Shown: positions 53,934 to 64,000 of the stretch, piece by piece
How the letters are laid out: each line of letters opens with the position of its first letter
Numbering within the stretch: position 1 is the first letter of the stretch
Source: Eledone cirrhosa
Lineage: Eukaryota
DNA length: 64,000 nt
Direction: 5' to 3'
Assembly (NCBI GenBank): GCA_964016885.1
Contig: OZ024741.1
Coordinates: 378,820,001-378,884,000 of the forward strand
Position numbers and translations under genes: made by a program
The notes under the pieces: model-generated
What the model was told of the DNA's origin: nothing
The model's input: the letters and a program-made list of their open reading frames with translations, nothing else
The model's database searches: none

Positions 53934-56610
53934 ATGGATAAACTGGGAAGCTTAGCGTCTCTGAAGCACATACCCGTACCTGACAAACGAGATAACACCA
54001 GTGATCTCATCAAGAGTACGGACTCCCTCGTACGTAGGATGAGATGGAAGGCGTTCCACTTCGAAATAGGAACGCAGAAAATTACCAAGACACAAACATG
54101 GAGTACCTTTCTCGATCAAGGAGGAATCCCCCTACAACAGACTAATGGAGGAGTTTGAAAACGAGATGATTAACATCATATCCAACCTCAAATTCTCAGG
54201 AAACCCAACCAGAATTCAGGAGTGCCTCAGACACCTGAGAAACCCGATTACAATACTTAAAGAGACAACTGGAATACTTGTCCATGCTGACAAAACAAAC
54301 AACATCTACAACATGAACACTGAACTGTACAATAAGGTAATCCCCAGGGAACTGAGGAAGTGCTACAAAAAAAGACCTGGATTTACCCTGGATGAAATCA
54401 ATGCCACAGCTTACAGGTTTATATCTAGAATCGGCATAGAGGACAGGACGGCCCCATAACAACCAATGGAGCCGCAGATTACCCTTAAAGATCACAAGTC
54501 AAACTTTGAGTCCGACCTACCTGTCAGACTAATAGCCCCCTCCAGAACTGACCTAGGGATCGTCAGTAAAAGAATACTGGATGGGATTTTGCCCAAACTT
54601 CGGAGGAAAACTAAAATACAGAAATGGTCATGCACGGGAGAAGTAATAGAATGGTTTAAAATACTGCATGAGAAAAGTAGGACCAGCTTTATACAAATGG
54701 ACATCGCAAGCTACTACTCCTCAATCTCACCCATAGTACTTAATAAGGCCCTATTTTTAGCGATGTCCAATACGGACCTAACCCGAGAGGAGGTGAGCAT
54801 CATCCACGCCGCAAGAAAGACCTTAATCCGTTTCGATGGAGACCTTTGGACCAGGAGTGATTGGCTAAATAACTTTGACATCACTATGGGCTCCAGCGAC
54901 TCAGCACAGATAACGGGCCTGGTTTGGCCCTAACTGCTGAAGCAGATAAAAGATGAAATCCCCTGCCTGGCCGGCGGATTATACCGCGACGATGCTCTAA
55001 TCGCAGTATATGACCACAGCACCAATATTTTGGAGAGAATGAGGAGACGTATTCGCCATTTCTTTAAGAACTAGTCGCTCAATATAGAAATAGACCCAAA
55101 TAGGAAGTAGTTAACTTCCTAGATACCACCCTAAACCTGAACACCGAACAATACTACCTCTACCACAAGCCCAACGAGAAACTCGTATATGTTAACACCA
55201 AATCGAACCACCCTAAATCCATACCCAAGGCAGTGGTGAAGAGTGTCACGGACAGAATCTCCAGCCTGTCCGCAAGTAAGAAATATTCAATAACCGCGCC
55301 CGAATATTACAACGCAGCTCTAAAGAAGGCGGCACATGGCCAAAATATAACTTATAGTCCGAAACGCCGGGATGGGGATAGCCCAAAAGACACCCACAAC
55401 CGCGTTGCCCGGATGTGGGGGGGGGGGAGGCCGAACCCTAACCATACAGGCAGAGCAGAAACAAATAGGCACCATGTGCCCGAAACCACCACACGGGTTG
55501 TGGTGACTGTTACCCTTAACCACGTGACGAAACACAATATGAGTAACAGTCTCAGGGGTGACGCTAACCACCCCAAGACCGACGATCCCAACCGCAGGAC
55601 ACGCAGGGGGTGTGGGAAACGGGGGACCACCCCACGATAGATCTCCCATCGCGGGCAACGACCACCCCACAGATTCCGGCCGTGAAGATAATAAAAAGCA
55701 TAGCGCCCAAAGGGAAGCATCAGTGCGGAAACCACCAGCAACCCAACGAATCTCCAACAAATCACGACGCCCCCGGCCCACACATATAGGAGGAGACACC
55801 GAAAAACACGTGGTACAACCCACCCTACTCAACGGCCTTAAAGAACAGCTTGGCCCGATCATTCTTTGGAGCACTTGATAAATGCTTCCCGAGGGACCAC
55901 AGATACCACAGGATCTTCAACAGACACACTGTGAAGCTCTCGTATTCCACAACGAGAAATCTGGCCCAACACATAGCTAGCATCAACAGGAGTAGGCTTA
56001 AAATCCACACACAACCAGAAGATGACAATACAAGCACTCAGCAGAACCATGTGAAAGGGGGGAAGGGGGGACCCAGAGACTACCCAAGAAATCCAAACAG
56101 ACCCTGGGACCTCCCACCGTGCATGGGGTAAGACCAACATGTAACACATAACGGGAACCCTAATCTAGGCACGCAGAGGTCGACAACCCTCTGCAACTGC
56201 AGAAACCACGAATCATGCCCCCTTGGTAATGAATGCCTCCAGAGGAACCTAGTATACGGTTGTAGGGTTAAAACCCCCAACTCCGAACACCTCTACATAG
56301 GAGCCACATCAACGAGCTTTAAAGACCGCTGGTACAGCCATCGCCATTCATTCAATAAGGAGGCCAAAAGGAAAAGCACGGCTCTCTCCGACCTGAACTG
56401 GAAGCTTAAGCTGGACAGGACCCCGTACTCTCTAGCCTGGTACATAATCAGGAAAGTACCACCCGATAAAGGGGGATCTTGCATATGCAAACTATGCCTG
56501 AACGAGACCCTCGAGATACTAATAGGTGGAAGCGGCCTGATAATCCTCAGAAGCGAATTTTTCGGGACATATAGACACTTTAGTGCCGAAACCTCCCTCA
56601 AGATATATGG
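53934..56610 (+). pseudogene. PLE RT plus GIY-YIG, frameshifted
   Basis: SLKHIP, MRWKA, ADKTNN, DIASYYSSI, FDITMGSSDSAQ, LYRDDAL, NFLD, YHKPN, WYNP, CNCR..CPL, LVY...YIGAT, CICKLC. Confidence 0.9.
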
Positions 56611-57832
56611 ACAGTAGCAACACAAGAAGATGTGAACTCCCCTCAAGCTCTAGGGACTTCTACAGAACATGTAAACACCTCTCAGCCAGACCTCCCTCAA
56701 GCTATATGGGCAGTAACAGCACCCTAGGTTGTGAACTCCCCTCAAGCCATAGGGAACAACCCAGGCTGATCAGACACCATGATAGCCTAGAGATTGAATC
56801 GGACACAGCCATTATAATTTGGCCAACATCTATATAACACAAACACATTTTAATTTACTTGATTTCTGACTTTCAAGTCCCAATTTTACATCCTGATTTC
56901 TCTTTATTAATTTGTTATTTGTTTTCTGCCCTCTTCACTGTATCACCTTATATTTATTTTTAAGTTGAGATTGATTATTACACGAACACATTTTGTTTGA
57001 TTATCTTATTTTAACATCTTATTTTAACATCTAGTCCTGATACCAATCTATCCAACATATTTCTGACCTTGAGATTGGTTATAGCACACACACACTTTAT
57101 CCTACTTGATTTGAATCTTCATTTTATTTTTCACTTCTCCATATTCATTTTCATTACTTCTTCACCAATTTTTCATTTATTCTTTATTCTTTATTCTCTA
57201 TTTATTATTTATTTTCAAATTATACAAATTATATTATTCATTTTCTGTTCTTTTCATATATTGCCTTATATTTCTTCATATACATGGACTAAATCCCCCA
57301 CCCACCTCCACCACTATGAGAGATGGTGGCAGGAGGGATGAAGAAAAAACACACACAGATACTTATAAATTGTCAACAGAAGCAAGACATAAGCTGACCA
57401 CAACACCAACAACACTACCAAAATAATGGTAGAGGTCAAATGTACTTAACAATAGCAAACACAAACACTACAAGGAGCCTCATCCCAGAAAGAATTCTAT
57501 AGACTCCTGAGTGAGGAATGCTTTCAGAACTGACCAATGGGAAGTTTGACAGTTTTTTTGTTATTTTGTTCCTTAACACCTTGTCCCTTCTACCACTTTA
57601 TCAATTGTTTAAGCTAACTCCAACAATAACAACACTTAGAATGAGGAATGTTCTAACAACTGACCAATGAGAGGAGAAGAGGCCCTTTGACACTGAAATT
57701 CGTTTGTTTGAATTCATATGATTCCAGTTCCTCAGTGAAATAACAACCCAACCAGGAACTTGGCATATCAGAGTATTGACAATATTATACACCTCAACAA
57801 CATATGTACTTGTCTATACCACACTAATTCAG

Positions 57833-57887
57833 ACTGTCTGAAGAGGTCACAGCCAAAGATGGCTGAAACTGAAATATTTATAGCAGT
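57833..57887 (+). ncRNA. Type I minimal HHR with mutated stems II and III
   Basis: actgt-CTGAAGA...GAAA-TATTTA-TA-gcagt. Confidence 0.7.
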
Positions 57888-58074
57888 AAAAAACGAAGCT
57901 AAATTTTAAACATTTGACTTTTTATTTAACTTTATTTTACATTACTCCGGAGTAACCAAACCAACCTGCGCACTTCGTCGACTGCTCCAATCTGCATACC
58001 TAAGGTGTTGGTATAAAACCAACATATACTCAAAATGTATATATATATACACCAGTGTTTCATCGTACTACCTA

Positions 58075-58168
<94 letters not shown>

Positions 58169-61127
58169 GAATTAAAAGATTTGTTGTTGAATGCCGAATA
58201 TATGTTGTTTGTGAAGTTAACTCATCAACTTATTAACCCGCAGGGATATATAAGGTGATATGCAACAGCATGCGTAAACCTATGCTAATGAAACCTATTT
58301 AACATATTAGTAGACTCTAAGGAGAATAGCATTTTATATAGCGTTTCTTTCAATAGTGATTCGTAACAAATCTCAAATACTCATACGCGTTAACATAAAA
58401 TAGAAGTTATTCGGGCATTGCGTGAATATCCGTATCTATACTTAACAATATATTAATATTGTGACATTTTTAAATCTTCGAAGGTGAAAATATGTGTGCT
58501 AATTTTATCTCTTGCTAGAAAGAAAGATTTGCGATACATATCTAATAAATTAACTGTAACGATGATATACACCGATTTGTGGAAACGTATATGTGAAAGA
58601 TGTATTTCAAAACGTTGCTTCATCGTAAATAGATCACGATTGAATCCCTAAATCCACATACGTAATTGTTTTACTACTATCTTTATATCACTGTTGAAAC
58701 TGATTTTATTTACTTCGTTTTGGATCTGAAGCAATTACAATGATGCATAATTCATTAATGAAATACATGAAAATATTGAATGTGTGTTTACCAGATATCT
58801 GATCGGTAACAAACATGCTAAATGGCTGAATTGCTATCGGTTCGTAGGCATTCCTTTCTAAGCTATCACCACATATACATTGCCGTTAAATACTTAACGA
58901 TAGACAATAACTTTGTTAAATGAATATGTAATATTTAATATTGGTAATATCTTTGCTATATATACGGAAAAAAAGTGCAAAATATTTTATAGCAATCTTC
59001 ACGTATTAGGATTTACACTCACTATCAGAATATGTTTAAAATGTTCAACATTTAGTAATTTTTACGATGTAACGTTTGACATATCACACACCATATATTC
59101 AGCATTTTCGAGGTAAACATACATTTTCATCATAAGAGACATTAGCAAACTCCGTAAGTAAATTAGATGTTTCTTCCAAGAACAAGGAACAGTTAAATGC
59201 AAAGCCTAATCTTTACAGAACAGCTACGAACTTGTGACCTTGTTATTGATCTTAAATAAAGGAACAGAAACCCAATTTTGGCATTCACTCATCGATAAAA
59301 TAAATAGATCTCAAGACTTGACCCTTTACGTATGTCCATTAAAACCTGACAGAAAATAAGCAAAGTTAACTTCGTTGGGAAATCAAACTAGAAATTAAAT
59401 TGCCATAACAACACATGAACCTTAAGTTTCATGAAGTACTAAAATATAATGTTATTTACTTCTGTCTACACAGCTGTCTACAGAGCTGTAATATTTTGAA
59501 ATGCAATAATTACAACATCATGGAACATGCGTCATAAATTAGACAACAATTATGTAATACAATGGATTGTTTGCTGTCGTGTGGTTAAGTTAGGTGGTGC
59601 TATCAAGTTAGACATCAACTGGGCCAATACTGATCGAAACCTGTCAAAGTTATCAAAGAAAACAAGAGCTGTATTTTGTCATTTTGTTTCCCTGAAAAAA
59701 TGTTAATGTTCTAATTATGAATTAATCGTTTACAATCGTTTGTAGCCTAAAGTCGTTTCGAGTTCCCTAACTGGATTTTACTGGATATTGTTCAAATATC
59801 TTTATATTAGACGTCTACCCTCAAAGAAATTTGTTCTATTAAGGACGGTGAGTTTGCAGAATAATTTCAGCTCTGACAAAATGTTTGCTGTTTTTCGTTA
59901 CGGTCATTTACGTTTTAGTATAAATACCCCAGAGGATAATTTTGCCTGTCACAATTCCGGACCCGATATTATTCATATACTGGTGTCCATATATCCATCT
60001 ACCCAATCTTCTTAAATCTGTGACAATGTGATTGTTATAAATGGTTATCTAGATATATAATTGAATTCAGTAAGGAAGAGAAATAAATTGTTAAACGTTA
60101 GAAGTTGATGCATTCCTCATGCTATTTACATATTTATAACTTTCATCAATGAAAAGTAAATTGATGATGATGAATGTCAAATAATTCGAACATGGAATAG
60201 TTAATGATAGATTCCAAAAGTTTGTAACAATTTGAGTTTCTCTTTATATGTGTGACATAACAAAATAGATAAAATACTAATCTACTAAACGTTAATTGTC
60301 ATGTTTCGATTGTTAAATTGATTATTAATACTAGACAGATATAGTTTAAATACAATGGACACACATATAATATGATTAATTATGTAACTATTTTAAGTAA
60401 TGAGAAGACAAGTAATTACATTCATATTTTAAGAATGACTGATTGCGGAGAACATGGCAATATAGAGTAACTGGTTGTCTATAATATTTCGATTTAGTCT
60501 CTAATAAAGCTAGTTTTATATACGCCAGGTTTCTTTTATTTGCCATGGTATGATACTTTACTTGGTTCGGTTTCTGTTGCTTTACTTCAAATCTCTATTA
60601 ACGCATAGATTCAGCTGTATATGATTTCGCAAAGGACATATTCTTTCATATATACGCATGTATAAATACGATCAGCTTTAACTAATACATTTAGATCTAA
60701 GTATAGATTAAAGACTTAACTTATATGGAGCCGATCTAATTGCTAAGGACAACAGTCAAATACTTCTCAAAACAAGCGTAGATTAATTCTCTTGCTCTCA
60801 TATAATCGACCACACTGAGATTTGAATTTAGTATACAAACATCCAGAAGAAATTTCACTACTCCGCTGTCCTGGATTACTGCTTTATCTCGTCTATCCAT
60901 AAAGGATGAAAAGGAACATTTACGCCAACAGGAATTAAACACATAATGCAGATAGCCGGCCAAATAAGACGAATTGTTTTCTTCTACGCTTATGTGTGAA
61001 TATGCAAATGAATATGTAAATAATTGAACAACAAACGTATATTTAAACGACTATGGAAAGAGAGAGAGAGAGAGAGATAAGAGATAAGAGGAGAAGGATA
61101 AAATAGAGCGAGAGAGAAACTTTGTAT

Positions 61128-61181
61128 TTTATCTGATGAAAGCGTACCATTGTGTCTTGGTACCCTTGAAATATATATAAT
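61128..61181 (+). ncRNA. Type I minimal HHR
   Basis: tta-t-CTGATGA-aagcgtacca/tggtaccctt-GAAA-TATA-TA-taa. Confidence 0.75.
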
Positions 61182-61547
61182 GAAATAAATATGGTTTTAT
61201 AAATATAGATTCCAATTATTTAATACCATTGAATATTTACTCCAGTAATTTGTTGACTGCTCTAAATCAGTTATAAACATTTATATTTGTCGGACTTCCA
61301 ACAAATTAAATCTCTCTTTCTCTCGCACTATGTTATCCTTCTCCTCTTATCTATTCTCTCTCTTTCTCCATAGTCGTTTAAATAAACGGTGGTTTTTAAA
61401 TAAACCGTTGTTATTCAATTATTTACATATTCATTTGCATATTCACGCATACGTTTGAAAAATACGTAAAATACTATCCAGTGAATTTCCAAACGATAAG
61501 GTATGATTTTCATTGGTATGTCTCTATTTATAAAACAAACTTTGTAT

Positions 61548-61595
61548 TTTATCTGATGAAAGCGTACTAATGTGTACCCTTGAAATATATATAAT
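61548..61595 (+). ncRNA. Type I minimal HHR
   Basis: CTGATGA-aagcgtac/gtaccctt-GAAA-TATA-TA-taa. Confidence 0.72.
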
Positions 61596-62215
61596 AAAAT
61601 AAATACGGTTTTATAAATCTAGTTTCCATTTATTTAATATCACTGAATATTTACTCCAGTAACTTGTTGAGTGCTCTAATTCAGTTATAAACATTTATAT
61701 TTGTCGGACTTCCAACAAATTAAATACCCCTTCTACTTATATATATAAAACCCACTGCTATTTTTAGCGGCACGGATATGAGACGAGTTAGGCGCTGGGA
61801 CACACGTGCGTTCAACAGCACATGTTTCTCATTCTTCTTAAGTATTTTGGAGTGAAAGGTACCAATTTCTGGATACCTGCAGAAGAGCACAGGAATAGTA
61901 ATGTTCACTTAATTGTTGCGAAACAAATTTTAAAATTTGTCAAACAGATTTCAAGTTTGTCCAGGTATTACGGCCATTGCCAATGTAGGTTTGTTATTTT
62001 TATTGATTTGTTATCTTAAATCGCGACAGGCAAACCATATTATGTTAAATTAGTATTTTTTCAACCTAGATAACTTGATCATTTGCAATCCGAACACTTC
62101 TATAATTATATAGATGTTCATCTCTCATATATTCATTTGTATTACACGGCTCAGAAATATTCCCTTCTTTGAGCTATTTAATTGTAAAAGACTATTTCGA
62201 GTTTATAACTCAAGG

Positions 62216-62298
<83 letters not shown>

Positions 62299-63345
62299 TA
62301 TATATACGTATGAGAGTAAGTTGAACAATTTCCACATTTTTTTTATTGTTTTGTTCAATAATACCTGTTTTATCTTTTGCTCTCACTCGCTTATTGACTC
62401 GTACCGGTTGTTAAATTGATGGATCGTACTCACGTGGTGGGTCGAAATATGCAGAATTCGAATTATAACCAGCGCGCTAATTCTATATCGCTGTCTAATT
62501 AACTCTAATTAATCTCCGGAAAGGTGTTAGGCACTACCACTATTTACCATCGCACCGTTTCGCCAAGGTATTTGGAGATTAAAGTCGAATGAAACCATTC
62601 TATTGCACAACGATTCAAGACAAATCTTCTCTAATAACCAATTTTTTCACTCACTTGTTAATTTGTGTTTGACTTGAGATATGTTGGTGAATCTTAATGG
62701 AGTGGCGGAACGAATAGCATTTCCATTCCTACCATCACAAATACTTCTAAAAGAGTTAACAATCGTTTAACGGCGTTTTGCTAACGCGTAGAGATATCAG
62801 TTACTAATGAACTACAGTGTTGCCTGTCCCATTCACTACCATAGGCGCCACGGACTAGAATCGAAATCTTTCGATCAATTCTTTATTGATTAGGCAGGCA
62901 AGACCCGCTGAATAAGCCACATTTACCAATTGTGAATCGTTGCATAATATATGCATACATTAGATGGTATACGTTCTCTTTACCCTCTGCATTAACTGTG
63001 CCCGAAACTCAAGTACGTGTATAGATGTATCGTACCCGATTAAGTGTGTTGTTTTGAACCATTTAACTTTGTGTCTACTCTGGGATTTTTTACATATTAA
63101 GTCCGCTAAGATTCAAACGGTACGTGCAGGACAACTTATGCTAGTCCCGCTAACTTCTTATTTAATATACAAGTCACTAATCTAAAACAATAGCATAAGG
63201 TCTTCAAAATGTATATACATTCATACATATATATAGCTATTTCAGAGCACCAATTCTAATTTTCAATTTCTGCTTGACCAGCAACCGCTCTGTATAATAA
63301 GTTCCTGATTATTTACTAGAATTCTATAAGAATCAAACATCCATG

Positions 63346-63440
63346 ATTTTCAGCAAACAGGAAGAGGAGTTAGCTTTGATAAGCATCAAACAATGCGAAA
63401 CAGGGCTCTGTCAGCTTTATCTTCCCTGTTTGCTGAAAAT
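63346..63440 (+). ncRNA. Type I HHR with U3-A8 core, formed stem III and extended stem I
   Basis: agct-TTGATAA-gcat/atgc-GAAA-cag ggct ctg-TC-agct, enclosed by the 16 bp stem attttcagcaaacagg/cctgtttgctgaaaat. Confidence 0.8.
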
Positions 63441-63541
63441 AAAAGTAAGTGAGACTGTCACTACTCTAAAACAATAGTATAAGATCTTCGAAATGCTTTT
63501 AATTAAGCATACAGTGTATTAAAAAATACACTATATATACA

Positions 63542-63602
<61 letters not shown>

Positions 63603-63773
63603 TTTAGTATATCTACTAACATATGCGTACAGATGTACGCTAATGCTAGCAAATACACAGGTTATGTCATAGTACCTAGGTGGTTCAATGCAGGAGGATG
63701 CAGAACAATAATATAAAAGACGTAAAATAAGAAAATTTTAAAAAATTTAAAAAATTAACTTACTAAAATTTTC

Positions 63774-63854
63774 ACTCCAACTAATTAGTTTCTGCAATGG
63801 GATAAAGACAGTTACGTAATAAACTGTCGAGAATTCATTGCGTCATCAGGGAGT
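63774..63854 (-). ncRNA. Type I HHR with long branched stem II
   Basis: actcc-CTGATGA-c-gcaatg...cattgc-a-GAAA-CTAATTAG-TT-ggagt. Confidence 0.78.
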
Positions 63855-64000
63855 CTATTCTCAGCTAAGTCTACAGGCAATGCGCGGACACTGGTGAATC
63901 ATATAAAAATAATAATAATTCGGTAGATGGAACAGCTAGCGGGGACTGGATTCCATGCACTGAAAAGCTCGCTGTCGCTGGTCAAATGGCAGATTCTAAA

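Larger units (their letters stand above)
60985..61725 (+). mobile_element. Non-coding element of 420 bp period with two HHRs and a 5' inversion
   Basis: 61117-61310 repeats at 61537-61725; 60985-61117 is inverted at 61311-61450. Confidence 0.82.

Noticed and set aside
62180-62465. Partial HHR-like tails (gagtt/aactc-GAAA-TAG-TC on minus; ggtc-GAAA-TATG on plus)
   Set aside because: 5' core absent or too degenerate to call

Overview
AT-rich, microsatellite-dense eukaryotic DNA; the SINE family and (TA)n/(CA)n content suggest a cephalopod/Octopus-like mollusc (inference). No intact host gene is recognisable. The window is mostly retroelements: a decayed Tx1/L1-type LINE (1-4.2 kb, second fragment at 40-41.8 kb), Dong/R4-like and other LINE relics, two copies of one SINE, and many Penelope-like elements (PLEs; RT plus C-terminal GIY-YIG). 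Three near-full-length PLEs of different types lie at 7.4-12.6 kb, 18.3-25.0 kb and 48.8-58.0 kb, with pseudo-LTRs (pLTRs) in tandem/inverted arrangement, mostly flanked by (TA)n. The main result is about 25 intact or degenerate type I hammerhead ribozyme (HHR) motifs, found by eye, from roughly 10 sequence families. They include non-coding tandem units of about 470, 420 and 285 nt (retrozyme-like), kb-scale palindromes with an HHR in each arm, U3-A8 compensatory core variants, and a shared ACTC...GAGTGCT motif downstream of the HHR. Coordinates were counted by hand and may be off by a few nt; clade names come from motif recall, not phylogeny.
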